A stretch of DNA of 64,000 bases, taken from the NCBI GenBank assembly GCA_050273025.1, contig CP158636.1, positions 3,286,001-3,350,000 of the forward strand, read 5' to 3'. Positions 1 to 14,353 of the stretch are shown piece after piece. Under the pieces are notes generated by a model. The model was not told the DNA's origin and ran no database searches. It was given only the letters and a program-made list of their open reading frames with translations. Made by a program: the position numbers and the translations under genes. Each line of letters starts with the position of its first letter. Positions within the stretch are counted from its first letter, which is position 1. The stretch comes from Cenococcum geophilum. Taxonomy: Eukaryota.

Positions 1-3
1 TTT

Positions 4-103
4 TATAAGAGTATATATATTAGATCCTGCAAGAGTCGCGATAGATTCGCGATCACTATTTGTCTTTTTGGCCGTATGGCGACGTAGAGCGGGACACGTT
101 ACA
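4..103. mobile_element. ~100-bp solo LTR-like element, family C copy 1
   Basis: TA(TG)TAAGAGTATATATATTAG...GGACACGTTACA; similar at both ends to 52306-52406. The following ATTTT is compatible with the TTT at 1-3 as a TSD cut by the window edge. Confidence 0.7.
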
Positions 104-158
104 ATTTTCTATATAAATTTTGGAAAATATATTAAAAGTTAACCTTTAACTTTATAAT

Positions 159-324
159 TGTTGGTCACACAGGGTGACTCACTAATAGCGACTACTCGAG
201 TAGGTTACAGTGATGTTGGTTGATAAAGCTTATTAATTGGAATGAGGAAGGGCGAGGAGCTTAAGACTCCTCGCCACGCTAGTGCCGCGGCGTCACGTGA
301 CGACCGCTTGCCTTATTCCCGACA
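159..324 (-). repeat. 3' LTR of Copia B
   Basis: Direct repeat of 12131-12296, TG..CA ends. Confidence 0.93.
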
Positions 325-1184
325 CTGGCAACTCTTCTTTTGTGGTTACCATCTATATACAAATACTGCTTAACTAGCGTAACAAATATTAATCCTCCTT
401 ACTTACTATTGCTATTATAATATAAGTCTTACTGTTCTAAAATTTGCCTCTTAGCACGTAGTGCTTTCTTACTTAAAGTTATAGGTAGATATTATATTAG
501 GGCTGCTAAGGCGCTAGTTATAAGCAAGCTAATAGCAATTTTCTATACCGGGTATAGAAAATCCTAATTAGCTAGTTAAAATTAGGGTTTATAGAATATT
601 ATACTCTTACTCCCTTTTAACTTAACTTTTAACTTATATATATAGAGTGTTTATGTTAATAAATATTTCTAAAGCCTTATTTAGGTTTACCTTTATTATT
701 ATATTTACTAAGTTATCTTAACCATTAATCTATTAAATCTTAAAGAGTTTTTACCGTTTATAGGATTAATAAAGTGCTATAATGTTAATTATAAGGCGCT
801 TCTCCTTTATAGTACTAAGCTTAACTAAATACTTATAAAGGGAGTATAAGTTAGTATATACGATTATAGGGATAATAGGAAGTTTAAGTTAATCTATAAT
901 TATTTTTAGGGTGGTTTTAATTGTAATTGCTATATTAACTTCGCTAACTATTTTATATATCTCTAACGCTAGAACGCTTTAGGTAATGCGCTTACTCTTA
1001 GTTAAGCTCTAGTAGATAAGATTACTATAAATTATAAAGTCATTCTCTCTAATAGATTTATTTATAATAATAATCTTATATCCTAGCTAAGAGCTAAAAT
1101 CTTTATTATTTATAAACGATTTATTAATAAATATAAAGAGCTTAGCGGTAGAGAGGTTAATAGGTACGTAGAGTAGTCCCTAAT

Positions 1185-4100
1185 TATTACGGCTTAAACA
1201 AATGCCTCTAAACCGAAGCTTAAACAAATGCTGTATTACGAAGATACTAAGCTAAAGAGAAGGAAAAGGGGTTGCTAGGACCAATGTAAACAAATATATA
1301 GGGTAAGCCGCTAAGGCGCTAGCTTTAGGCGGGCCAATCACAGGTCGGCAGAATATAGTAGAATTTGGCAGGTAACGTGCGATAGCGCCGTTACATTACC
1401 CCCCTCTTTAAAAGAAAGCCTGCCCTTAGGCTTAGTTAGAAAAAATAGGGTAGCACTAGGCTTATAAATATAGGATTATAAAAATATAAGATAAGGAGAT
1501 AAAGGGGATATAAGTCCATCCTAACTAAGTATAAAGGGCGATTATAGGCTAAGTAGAAGCACTAGGCTAGAAAAAGTAGCCGCTAAAAGTCTTAGCATAG
1601 ATCTAACTAATTAGACAACTTTAACCGGCGGTTAAAGTTCCTAAACATCTGAAATTTTACAGTACTAGCAGAAAACGGCAGAATATGGCAGAATTTAGTA
1701 GACAGCTGTATTAGGGCTTTAGGGCGTTTTTGTCCCTATATTCTTTTGGTAACTTATCGTCTTTATTATGCCAGCATTCTATTTATTTGTCTAGGTACTT
1801 TAAGGGTCTAGGTGTATTAGGGTATTAGTTATAGAATTCTTTAAGCTTCTGGGGGCAGCCTATAAAGTTCTACGTAGGGTACTAAGTTAGGTTAGGATTG
1901 TAGCCCTTTTATTAGATATAGTATTTTAGTGCTTCCCGTACTATCTTATAGGCTAGTATTTTATTAACCTCCTATTTATTATTACTGTTTACTTAAACTA
2001 ATAGGGGAGGCTCGTTCTTTTATCTAGGCAATAGGTTGTTTATAGCTTTCCATAACTTATCTAGCAAGAAAATAGGGTGAACCCTAATTAAGTCTGGGAG
2101 CTTTATCTTGTACAAGTTACCTATCTTCTTAAGAACCTTATACAGTCCTACTATCTAGTAGTCTAGCTTATAGCTAGGTTGTTCAGTCCTCTAATTCCTT
2201 ATTATAACCCAGATTATATCACCAAGGGCAAAATCGGGCTCTTGACGGTATTTGTTCGCCTACTATTCCATTAACCTCTAAGCTTTTTCTAGGTTCTTAT
2301 AGGCTACCATCTAGGTCTTCTCTAATTATTTAGCGTACTGCTAGGCCTTAGTATAAGATAGCTTCTCTTATATAGTCTAGGGTTCTTCTAGCCTTTTCCA
2401 GTTAAAGCTTATGTGGGGTAAGTATCCCATTTCTAGCTGAATTAGGGTAAACCCTATAAAGTCATAGGGTAGGGTTACTTGCGCGTAGTCTATTAAGGGT
2501 AGTAGTTTAAACCAGTTATCCTAAAAATAGTTAATAAAGGGCCTAAGCCTCTAGTCTAGGTACTAATTTATAATCTCTATCTAACCGTTTGTCTAGGGGT
2601 AATAAGCCGTAGAAAGCTTTAGCTTAATACCTAGGATCCGGGTAAACTTATTCCAAAAGGCCAATATAAACTATAGCCTATAATCGGATATAATAGTATC
2701 TAGTAGTCTATAGATTTAGTAGACGTAATAAACATATAGCCGGGCTGCCTTTTTGGTATTAATATTCTTGTAACATAGAATTAAGAACGGGCGTTTACTA
2801 AAGTAGTTAATTATAACTATAACTATATCGTATCCGTCACAGTCCCTAGGTAGTTTATAGAAGTCTATAAAGATATACTACTAAAGGCGCTTTAGTATTA
2901 GGAGTAGCTTAAGTAGTTTTAGGGTCTTATCCCATGGGATTATAGCTCTCTAGCAGTCTTCGTAGTTCCATATATATCAATCAATATCCGCAACCATTCT
3001 CGGCTAGTAGTAGCGGTAGTTAATAATTTTACGGGTCTTATTTTTACTAGGGTATACTATAAAGACTTAGCAATAAGCTTCGCGGATTAGTTTAGTCCGT
3101 AGATTGTTAACATTAAGGACTATAAGCCGCTCCTAGTATAGGAGCAATCCTTCCTCTATCTTAAAATCAGGGTTTCCTTTCACGGCTTATTTACAGAGGG
3201 CCCTTAAGGCATTAGCCGTGCGGTTTACAGTTAGGAGGCAGTTAATTAGCCCTATTAGCTTATTTAAGGACTCCTCTATTAGTGCTAGCTTATTTTACTA
3301 GGAGTCTAGCTCCTTAAGAATCCATAGGTCAAGCTATTCTAGATAGAGGAGGGCGCGCATCTAATATTGGGTCTTTAGCTTATCCTAGGGTCCTACGTCT
3401 TGTTCTCTTCAGGTTAGGGTATTAGCCTTAAAGTTTTACTTACTAGAATAATATATAATCGTAAAAAAGAATTAGGAGAGTATTTTAGCCTACTAGGCTT
3501 ATCGCCCTATAAGCTACTTTATAGTTATAAAGTACTCTAGGGCTTTATAATCTATATATATCTTAATCTAGGAGTTTATACCTTTAAGCTCTACGCGCCA
3601 TTAGAAGAGTAATTAAATAATAGCTAGCATTTCTTTATTATATACTTCGTAGTTATACTTAGCCGGGTCTATTATTTTTAAGAAGAAAGCCATAGGGTAC
3701 TATTCGCCGTCTAGATATAACTATAATAGGATTCCCGCTATAACCCCATTAGAGGCGTCTATTTTTAGTATTAATTTAAGGTCCAAGTTATAGTAATAAA
3801 GGATTAGGGAAGAGATAAGCCAATCCTTTACCTCTTTAAAGGCCTCTATGCAGCTATTATTAAAAATAAAAGGTATATCCTTCCTAGTTAGTTATATAAG
3901 AGGTTTTGCTATAATTTCGTAGTTACGGATAAACCGGTAATAGAAATTACAAAAATTAAGGAAGAACTGGATTCCTTTTACTATATAAGGGGGCTTCCAG
4001 TTACGGATTACCTCTACCTTCTTAGGGTTAACCTTAATTCCTTCCATAGTTATAATAAACCCAAGGTATTTTATACGTTTTACCTTAAACTCGCATTTCT

Positions 4101-7100
4101 TAATATTAACTTATAAGCCCGCGTTTTGTAGCCTCTCTAGGACCTTCTTAATATAAACTTAATACTTAAGTTCGTTGTCTAAGTATATAAGAATATTATC
4201 TAGGTATACCGTACAGAATTCGTTAAGGTAATTAAAAAGAACGTTATTTATATACCTTTGGTACGTAGCCGGTCCGTTTATTAGTCTAAAAGGAAGAACT
4301 TTATATTTATAGGAACTATAGCGGGTACGGAACGTTATTAAATCTTCGGATATAGGGTCTATCCTAATTCAGTAAAAAGCTTAGCGGATATTAAGTTTAG
4401 TAAAGATCTTTACCTAGCTTAGATATATAAGGGTCTCATTAATTAAAGGAATAGGATACCGGTCCTTTTAAGTAATAGCATTTAGCTTTTAATAGTTGAT
4501 ATAAAAATAAAGGCCTCTATTAGGCTTTTTTATAAATAGGATAGGGAAAATAAAAGGGGCTTAACTTAGCTCAATAAACCCTTTATCTAGGTTATTAATT
4601 AAATACTGCTTTATTACTTTTAGCTTATCCATTAATTAATAATAGAGGGGGCTATAGCCTAGTAAGTTATTGGCCTCTAATTAAATCTTATAATTATATA
4701 TCTAGTAGGGGGGTAACTTATCTAAGGCCGCCTTTAAGAATATATCCTTATAGCCTATATAAATAGTAAAAAGGAGGCGTTTAACTAGTTCCTTATTAGT
4801 TTCCTCATCTAGCCTTTCCTCTCTATTATTAATAATTTAGTTAATTTTATATAGGCTTATTATAAAGACCTTATTATCCTTCTGGTATATATTAAAGTGG
4901 AACGCTATAGCGCTAATTACGGCGATGTCTACGGTAGGGGGGTTAACTAATAATAGGGGCGTATATAACTTTAGGGACTTCTAGGGTACTAGCGTTATTA
5001 TTACTCCTTTTAGCTCCTATTATATCTTTTAAAGGTTATCCCTTATATCCTATTAATACGTTCTTTTCCATAACGGTTAGATCTATATAATTTAGACGTT
5101 ATCTATATTATTATTTGTCCCACTTCCGTATATAGAGTCCTCTTTAAATATAGCGCTTTAGGAGAGTATCTTTATTAGTACAGAGTTCTTTCCAGCTTCG
5201 TGGTAGGCGTCCTCTTAGGTAAAGGCTAGGTTACAGGCCCAGACATCCTACTAGTAGGTAGGGTTACCCCTTACGGCTAGTGTCTTGCGGTTAGTTTAGA
5301 TCTCCCTAATAAAGAAGGGTAACCTTAGTCTATCCTCCAGCTAGACAAACCATCTTTTTTATATATTTAACCAAATATTAAAATAGGACATCTATTTTCG
5401 TCTAAAGATTATATTATAGGACCCTAGGTTTAGGATATAAAAGGGGATACTATATTAGCGTCGTCCGTTAAGAGCGATATATAACTTTAAGACATAGGTA
5501 ACGGGCTAACCGGCTTAGCCGTTATAGCCCTTTACCTAGACAGGCTTCTCTAGTTAGATAGCTTTTATATTTAGAAACTTAGTAATATTATTTATATAGA
5601 CAGTATTTATAAAGGCGAAGCTATTTGCTTTAGTGTTAATAAGGGCGGTTATATTAACTCTATATCCATTTTAAAATACTATATATAAAACCGTAAAATA
5701 CTTTCCACCTATTAACTAACTAAGATTAATTTCTTTAAGATTAATAGGGTACCCTAGGGGGGAGTCTTTCCCTAGGGTTCTTCTTTTTCTAACTTATTAG
5801 ACGTTTCTTCTTCCTCTATCTCCTTAATATCGCCTATATCCTTTAGCTCCGGGCAGGATAAGGTAAAGTAACCTTGCTTATTACAGTTAAAGCATATAGC
5901 CGAGGTAGGGTTAATTAGAGTATTACGGCGAATACTAGTTAATAGCGTGGTACGTAGCTAGTTAGGCAAGGCTTACTAGTGCGTAGTTATAACCGCCTTT
6001 AGTATAAGAGTAGTCATAACTTATCTTCCTACTTTAGCTTCTATAGGTATAGCTAGCGAGTTCCAATTATTATAGAGTTGCTTCTACCAATTAGAGTAGG
6101 CGTTAATCCGCTTTAGTTCTAAGTCTAATAATAGGTAATAAGCTGCAAGTCTTTTATGGGTTAGTAGGTTATCTAAGGTTACAGCGATCTTTTCTTATAG
6201 CTAAATTGTCAGCTTATTATATAGGTCTAATTAATAGTTCTTAAGGGGAACCTAGCCTTCTCCTATAAGGTATAGGAATTAAGTCTAAAATTTAGCAAAG
6301 GGTTAGTTTGGTTTTATTATTAGGTAATTATAGTTATAACGGGCATCCCGTACTTTATTTAGGTTAACATAAATAGCCACTAGGTGCCGTATTATCTTAT
6401 TAACAGATATAAATTGGATAGGGGAGTCGTCCTTAAACTTAGCTTAAAGGTGCCGTTAGGCGTCCCTAGTAGTTCAACTAAAGAGGTAGAGCATTTTGGC
6501 TTCTTTAGAAAGGAAATAGTTATAGTTAACGCGGAGCTTTCCTTATACTTAAATCCTCTAATTTTTAAAGGTAGGGTCTATCCCGTTAGATAGTAGTAGG
6601 GGGTTAAGGAGCTTAACGGACTTTAATTACTTTATTATTATATCCGTACTCCCTAGTATATCGCATTTAGTAGAGTAAATAGGTTAGCTAAGGCTTTAAG
6701 AAGGGGAAGCTAGGCTATTTTATAAGGCCGTAAGGCTTTCTAGGATCTCTTATAGGGTCTCTTGTATATTTCTTACTTTAAGACAATCAGCTTCCTAGCT
6801 AGCTGCGAGGGCACGAATCTGCTCGCGTATATCTACAACATTATTATTATCTTCGATTTCTAATCCTAATTGGATCTTAGGTTCCTCTTAGGTAAAGGCA
6901 GCTCTCTTAGATAAGCTTGCTTTAGGTACCATCGTTAGCTTCCTAAGATTCATTAGTATTATACGCTTTAGTTTCAATTCTAGGGGTACAGGTCCAGTCC
7001 TATTTGGCTTATAAGGTGGGATATTATCTAGGCCTTCCCAGGCAATATAGAGTTGTTTTAGTGTCTAAGTATAGCACGTCAATGCGTCGTTGCAGACGAA

Positions 7101-7373
7101 GTTTCTTTAGGGTAGGATATTATTAAGGCCTTCCCAGGTAAGGTAGGGAGAGCTTAGTATAATATCACGGCTTAAATAAATGCCTCTGAACCGAAGCTTA
7201 AACGAATACTATATTACGAAGATACTAAGCTAAAGAGAAGAAAAAGGGGTCGCTAGGACCAATGTAAATAAATATATAGGGTAAGCCGCTAAGGCGCTAG
7301 CTTTAGGCGGGCCAATCGCAGGTCGGCAGAATATGGCAGAATTTGGCAGGTAACGTACGATAGCGCCGTTACA
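1185..7373 (-). mobile_element. Ty3/Gypsy chromodomain retrotransposon A, copy 1 (full length, RIP-inactivated)
   Basis: LTRs 1185-1395 and 7163-7373; 5-bp TSD CTAAT (1180-1184 / 7374-7378); PPT (rc AAAGAGGGGGGTAA) next to 1395; reverse complement of 52809-58996; gag-PR-RT-RH-IN-chromo motifs on the minus strand; inserted between the RT and RNase H of Copia B. Confidence 0.96.
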
Positions 7374-10300
7374 CTAATTAAGATGGTTTATTTACTAGAA
7401 AAGACGCTTATTTAGGGTAAGAACGTTATCCTTAGTTAGTTCCTAGTATTAAGTAGTAATAGAAAAATTAAATAAAGCCTTAGGTTAATAGATAGAAATA
7501 ATATAAGCTCTATAAGCGCGTTACTCTATATATCCTTACTTTAGAGAATTAACGTTAATAATATTAACCTTCTTACTTTAACCCTTCTGGCATAAAGTAA
7601 TAGAATCCTTATTTAGGGAGAGGATGCATCTATTAAAAAGTAATAGTATTGCTAAATTAAGCTTTTCCTTTAGCTTTACTATAAGATTTACCTTTACTAG
7701 CTTATCTTCTTTAAGAGCTAAGAATTGGTTATCTCCTAAGATAATTATATTATTAGTTTATATACTAACAATTCCGAATAGAGTTCCCGTAGTTATAATA
7801 AGGAAGTATAGGTCGAATATAAAAGTAGTTATTAAAAGCTTCTCTTTATAGTGCTTACTATAGGTAGCCTACTAATAAGTTCCTACCTCTGCGATTCTAT
7901 ATAATAGCTTAAGCATAACCATAATCGTATCTTCGGGATATTGGTAGCGAATTTACTCTAGAAGGTATGCTAATATTAAGCGCTAAAGGTGCGTCTCTAA
8001 TTAAATATAAGCCTAAATAATATCTCGCAAATAAACCGCTATTTTATTCTTTATTAGGGAGGGAGCTAGTATAATAATAACTCGCTAACTAGCTTATTAA
8101 ATTATAGGAGATTATATAAGAATTACCTTCTTACTATTATCGTTATAACCTTAGATAATAAGCCTTAATTTCTTAAATGGGGCGTTAGTAGCTTTGCCTT
8201 TAATCTTATTAATTATTCTTAACTTAAAGATATAAACTTTATTAAACTTAGTAGGGTTATACTTCTTAAATTTAAAGACTCCTTTTATAATAAGACCATT
8301 AATCTCCTACTTATTAGATGCTTAGAAAGGAGCTCTTAGAGTTATAATATAACCTTCCTTTTAAAGCTATTTTGCGAGTTTAAAGTTAGCCTTCTCCTTA
8401 GCTATTATAAAGGCCATTAATAACTTAACTCTATTCTTAATAGCGGCAACAAATTGCTCTTTAAAATTAATAAGATATTAGCAATTTTATAATCCTTTTA
8501 GGCGACCTCTACCGCGTTATAGTTATGGCGTATCTACTATAATTATATTAGAATTGTGGTCGCTTTCTAGAGTATATTAATTATAGCTCTTTTTTAGGGC
8601 ATCTTTTATAGCATCCTGCAAAGGCTTAGAACTATTATCTTTATAGTAAGGCTTAATAATAGTTAAACGGAATTAAGTAGGTCTATAAGGCATCTAAATA
8701 GTATAAGTTTAATTATTAATTATAATAAGTTAATATAGGCCTAACTATCCTCCCTTTTTACGCTATACGCGTACCTTAGACTAGAGTAGTAGATTAAGCG
8801 TAGTTAAGGTATTTGGGCTATTTTTATTCCTAGTATATCGTTAACCTAATATATAGCGTAAAGACGTTATACCTCCTTTATTACCTTATAAATAGCCTTA
8901 GCTTATTATATAACAGAGGGAGATAGTAGAGAATTATTAGTTATTTAAGGGTAGGCGCTAAAGACTAGTAATATAGGTCTAAGTCTATCTGGGCTAGCGG
9001 AATTGCTAATAGCTTTAATAGCCATTTATAAGGTAAGTTCTTCGCTAGTATCTTCTAGTTTTAAAGAGATAATCTTATATACGCGGCGTAATAGCGCGTA
9101 ATATCGCTCTACTTTTTTAATACTATTATATACCTTAATAGGGACTTCCTTAACCTTAATTGCTATTACTTTTATCTATTATTAAAACTCTATAGATAAG
9201 AAGTTCTTTCTTATATTATAGACGATTTAATTAGGGGGTCCTAGGTAGATATTAATCTAGTATAATTATAGGGTATCCTATACGTTCCTAGCTAATATAT
9301 CCTTTAAAAAACGTATAGCTTAGAAGGAGGTTAAGAAGTTAATAACTTAAAGTACTAGATTGCCGCTAAGATATATAACATTAATAATAATATAGAAGTT
9401 AAAGTTATAGTTATCTTTAAGGGTAAACTTAAATCGGCTAGGGGACTTCTGGTTTATTTAGTAGTAATAGTAGTACTTTATAAGATGCTTAATTGCCTTA
9501 ACCTTAACTTTATAGCCTGCTTGCTAAAGAACCCTAAGCAATTAATAAACGGATAGGTGGCTAAAACAACGGTATAGTTAACGTAACTCTAACTTAGTTA
9601 GGTAGCTTTAAGCAATACTCTTTTCTAGTTAATAAAGGAGCAACTAAGGGTAACCCTACTTACGTAAAATAGGTACCTAACTATCTCCCTATATAAGTAT
9701 ATTTTTAAGGTTGTTAAGCTTAATACCTAATTTATCTATATCTCTAATATAAAATAGAAATAGAGTATTTATAGAAATAATATAGAAAGTAATGCACCCT
9801 AAGGGGGTTCAGACCCTAATTGTGCTAAGAGAAATTATAGTACCCTTTCTAAAACAAATTGTATATTGGCCTGTCGTTAAATAGTTAATCTAAATAGAGT
9901 TATTAAGCTGCTAAAGGGCTTAAACTTAAGGTTCTTTTACTATAGATACTCCTACGGCTTTAGTATCTGGTATAATACTATAAAAGACATTTACTAAGTA
10001 TTTGTTATTAAAAGAGAACGCGGAGCTCTCCTTTAGCTTGTTAGAGATATCTAACTTCGTAATAGAATGGAGCGTAGATTAGTTATTAAGAACAGCGACG
10101 GTTTATATGCTATCTACCTTACTATACTTAGTAAAGTATTAGTTGGGTAAGTAGTCCTTAATTTCTATATCTATAAGGAGCTGTTCGGCCTTATTAACCT
10201 TACCCTTAAGATCTTCTACGCCTTTATATTAAACTAGGAAGCTTTAGAAGTAGGCTATAATAACCTTATAATTTTTAACGTTTCTTATACTTTGGCGAAA

Positions 10301-12130
10301 CTTATTATATACCTCCTTTTATTTATTAAAAAAATACCTAGTTAGCCAGTAATTTAGTTTCTTATAAATATAGCACTTCTTTTAGTAATTACTTTAAAAT
10401 GAACCTCTATAAGGACCTTTACCTTTACCTTATAGTTGTTAATTATACCCTCTACTATATTACCTACTACGGCCACTATATGTTTAATTGGTCTAGTTAT
10501 AATTATATTGGTCGGGCGGGTTAATTAAAGTAGGTTAGAGTTAGGCGTTAAATTGCTATACTTCTTAAGAGCGTAGAGTAGTGCTAATAGAAGACCTTAA
10601 TTAAGCATATATTCCTTTATAAGTATTTATAGGATTAAAGAGAGTAAGGTTGTATTCTTTAACGCTTTAGTATATACTAATAACTTAATTATATAGGCTG
10701 AAATCCTTATAATATAATTCGGATAAACCACGCTAAATTATTTAAAGTTAATTAAAGAGCTTTTAAAGATAATTAAGCCGAGGGATACCTAGGTTTATAG
10801 CAATAATCCTTAAAAAGGTAGTCTCTCTCCATTTTAATATATACTGCTACTTATTCTCTTCTATTTTAAAGTGGTATCTTAATATATATATTATGCGGTT
10901 AAAATTATATCCTTTTCCTGCTAAGTAATTATAATAAAAGGTACTAGCTTAGCCCTTAAGCATAACGGAATAGGCGTTATAGTATTAATTAGACTCTATT
11001 CCTACCTTCTAGTAATAGTTATAGAAGATACGTAGTTTCGAATTAAGAATATTATATAATTCTCTACTAAACTTCTTCTCCTAATCTAAGTAGAGCTTTG
11101 TAAGCTCTATAAGTAATTTTAAACTACCTCCAATTTAAGATTAAGGTAGAGGAGGTGGGAGTTACATTATAGGCTATAGTGGGGATATAGGTCTAGTCAG
11201 TAGAGTCTAAAGGTTATTAAATTGTGAAGTAATAGGATCCTATGCCTGCTCTCGTTAGGGTATAGTATCCGACGTTAAGGTTATGGGTTAAATTAGATAC
11301 AGAGAAGTTAAAGGCGAAGGTAGGTTTATCTCTAGAGGTATATTACTTAGGTTTTATTGTAAGTTAAGCTTCCTTATAGTGCGTAGTTAGTGCTTAATCT
11401 CTTATAGAGTCTATTTGTGCTCTTTTTTTATATTAATAACCTGCTCCTAAATACTATCTCTAATAGTACCCCTATCTATAGGTATAAATACTTTATACTC
11501 CCATAAGAAGTTATAGAAGTCTTATATAATATCCTTCTTTATAGGAGTCTATATTTCCTTTATCCATTTAATAAAGTCCTCCCTTATATAGTACTATAGT
11601 ATAGTATTATTATATTTACTGTCTTTATAGTATACTATACGGTATAATAAGAATCCGTTTAGGTCCTGTTGCTTAGCGTTTATAAAGTTAATTATATTGG
11701 TATTCTATATTTCCGGGTTAATGTCCTTCTCGTACTTCTTTAAATAGGTTAACGCTATAATAGCGGACGTGTATAGGTGGATTTAGGTATTAATTATAAT
11801 CTTAAGATCTACGAAGGTACACGGAGGGTGTTAAGGTAGTTATTTAACGCGTTTTGGACGTTAACTTAGGACCCTAGGTTTAGTAACACTTTTAACCTAA
11901 AGTACTTAACTAAATCTTTATAAACGCGGTTATTTTATATAATAGATATAATTTAGTATCTTCTAGTACTTAGTAACACTTTTATTACTAGTTTTTCGCA
12001 AGTTAGAGATAGTATAGTATTACCGGGATCTATTTTATATAAGTGTATATAGCACCCCTATACAAGACTATCTCTTCTATTTAAAAACCTAGCTGCTCTA
12101 TAGTTAACTGTGTATTTAACTACTAATCAG

Positions 12131-12296
12131 TGTTGGTTACATAGGGTAACTTACTAATAACGACTACTCGAGTAGGTTATAGTGATGTTAGTTAATAAAG
12201 CTTATTAATTAGAATAAGGGAGGGCGAGGAGCTTAAGACTCCTCGCCACGCTAATGCCGCGGCGTCACGTAATGACCGCTTGCCTCATTCCCGACA
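12131..12296 (-). repeat. 5' LTR of Copia B
   Basis: Direct repeat of 159-324. Confidence 0.93.
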
Positions 12297-13582
12297 AATA
12301 CTATAGTATTATTTAGATATAATTTAACCTATATATATCTTTAATTAACGTCTTAATTACCTTCCCCTAGCCGCGCAATTAGTTTTTATAAGGAAGTAAT
12401 AGCTAAGTAGCTTATACGCGTATTTCCTTTCTTTTAAATTACGCTGTTATTATAGAGTTATATTAGTAAGGTTGCGGCTATATACTAAAAGGGTGTTAGA
12501 AGATAAAGTATAATTTACCTTACTTATTAAGCTTAATCCTTTTCCTTAATATCTTACTTTCCATTATTAACCTTTATCCAATTTTAGACGTTTATTTAAT
12601 ATATTATTATTTTAGTATACCTCTTTAATCTCCTACTAACTACTCTTTTAAGTTAATTCCTTAGCGTATCCTAGCCCTACTATTATATATAGAAAATTAA
12701 CCTCTGCTAACCTATAACTGGTACTAGTCCTACTTAAATAACTTTATCTATACGTCCTTAAAAGACTAAAAGTCTAATAAAAGGATCCTAGAGACTTATA
12801 ATAAGACTTACTATATAAGGTCTAATACCTTTAGTTCTTATAATTAATGTATATATACTAAAAGTAATAGTTACGTTAAAGTAAGCTTTTCTATTCTTAG
12901 ATAGTTTCTATTACTAACTTAAACTTTAATAGCCTAGGCCTAAGTAGCGGCGTACCTTTAACATCCTTAACTACTATATCGCCTATGCCCTTTTTTATTC
13001 TAGCGCTAATACTAAATATTTAGGTTGTATTTAAGACTATACTATAGCTATCTATACTACCTATAACCCCTAATAAGCTAGCTAATAACACCTAATATGG
13101 AAGTAAGGTTAGTGTTTTAAGAGTAGGGTAAAAATAGAGGTAATAAGAAGAAGGTCGCCGTGTACTATAAAAAGGAGTTTATATATACGCGTTAAGTTTC
13201 TAAAGAGTATAATATAATGCGTTATTAGGTTACCCTTTAGATACCTAGCGGATAGGTAACTAATAGTTACTATAATAAGGTCTTAGTAGTTCTAGACTAT
13301 ACTAGCTAGCTAATATCTCTATTTATTTTTAGGCTTAAGTGTATTTTTATAGACTATAAGTTTAGATTTAATATTAGTATTAAGCGTTTAAGAGTCTCTA
13401 CTTTTATTATACCTTATTATCCTACCCCTATTTTTATACCTACTTATTATTATAGACCTTATATTAGCAGTAGTATAACTACTAAAAAGAGATATAAACG
13501 GGTTAGTTAAGATAATATAGGAGACGCTAGAACCGATCGGGCTATAGGATAAGGGGTAGCCGAGTTACGTGGCTAGTTACGT
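12297..13582. other. Unidentified heavily RIP-mutated repeat fragment; right end (~13520-13582) looks LTR-like
   Basis: RIP-type composition. No protein motif recognised. The rc of the right end, ACGTAACTAGCCACGTAACTCGGCTACCCCTTATCC, resembles LTR-type sequence. Confidence 0.3.
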
Positions 13583-13869
13583 TATAAGTTCGGAATATAG
13601 AAATATAGGAACGTGGGAATATAACGTACTAATATACTAACGTACTAACATACTTAGTACATTTCTTAGGCGCAGTATTATATATTTAAAGGACTACAGT
13701 CCCTACCTAGATAGTTCTCTTCTTTATAGTGAATCTTAGAATATAATTAGAGTTAATTTATTAGGCAACCACTCCACTAGTTATATTTATTATTATTAAC
13801 TATTTCTTAACCTATATACCTAGCCTATTAATAAGCCTACCGTAGTATTTCCTATAAGGCTTTGTTACA
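13583..13869 (+). mobile_element. Solo LTR related to Gypsy family D (variant 5' half), no TSD
   Basis: 3' half (CCCTACCTAGATAGTT...GGCAACCACTCC...AAGGCTTTGTTACA) matches LTRs 37458-37882 and 45054-45478; 5' half differs; flanks TACGT / GTTTT do not match. Confidence 0.8.
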
Positions 13870-14186
13870 GTTTTTAAAGAAAACTTTAAGAGGGTTAAAG
13901 TTAGAAACCTTAAGTAATAAGAAAGGCTTTTAGGGCCAACCTAATACCTATCTGGCACCTTTACGGGAACACTTTAAAAAGTTAAGAGAAAACTTTTTTA
14001 AAGGTAAATCCTATTAAAAAACAAGTAGGGTAATAACCGTACTAATAATCTAAAAAAGAAAAGCCCTAGTTATAGACCTCTTTTGGCTATAACTAGGGCA
14101 AGATATAAAAGAAAAGACTCTCTATATTACTATTAAGCTAAAAATAGTACTCCCTATAGGCAAGGTATGTTAGATCTAAGTACTAT

Positions 14187-14353
14187 CCCTTATACTGATG
14201 ACTGCCAATAATAAGTGGCCCGTGCGAGAAATTCTAGGTCCTCTACATCACGCCCGCGCACGTTTAATACTTCCCCAATATTTCCCTTCAAGCAGGCCTT
14301 TTAATTGGTGCGCACGAGCCACAATTTATTGGACGCAGTTATTAGTGCAAGGG
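14187..14353. mobile_element. 167-bp MITE with CCCTT..AAGGG ends, ~40-bp imperfect TIRs, AT target
   Basis: Left CCCTTATACTGATGACTGCCAATAATAAGTGGCCCGTGCG vs right rc CCCTTGCACTAATAACTGCGTCCAATAAATTGTGGCTCGTGCG; AT on both sides; removing it restores the protease frame gta-cta-tat-aat-agt-ggc; little RIP. Confidence 0.85.

Larger units (their letters stand above)
159..12296 (-). mobile_element. Ty1/Copia LTR retrotransposon B, RIP-inactivated (~5.9 kb net, interrupted by Gypsy A1)
   Basis: 166-bp direct LTRs 159-324 and 12131-12296 (TGTTGG..CCGACA). De-RIPed minus-strand motifs in Copia order: gag Zn knuckle CYICxKxxCWSTRH ~10350, protease PDTGAAGVST ~9960, LHRRFGHP ~9570, integrase GKVERYH ~9110, RT EKSRLVIQGYND/RDITQAY/KPLYGIAEAGTHW/QTDD 8200-7740, RNase H TDSYSLY..EKRLMIDIMALRQ 860-720. 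Purine-rich PPT next to 324. No matching TSD. Confidence 0.93.

Noticed and set aside
6384..6593. Conserved 69-aa ORF also at 53588-53797
   Set aside because: Antisense shadow of the family A gag; conserved only because the two copies are homologous
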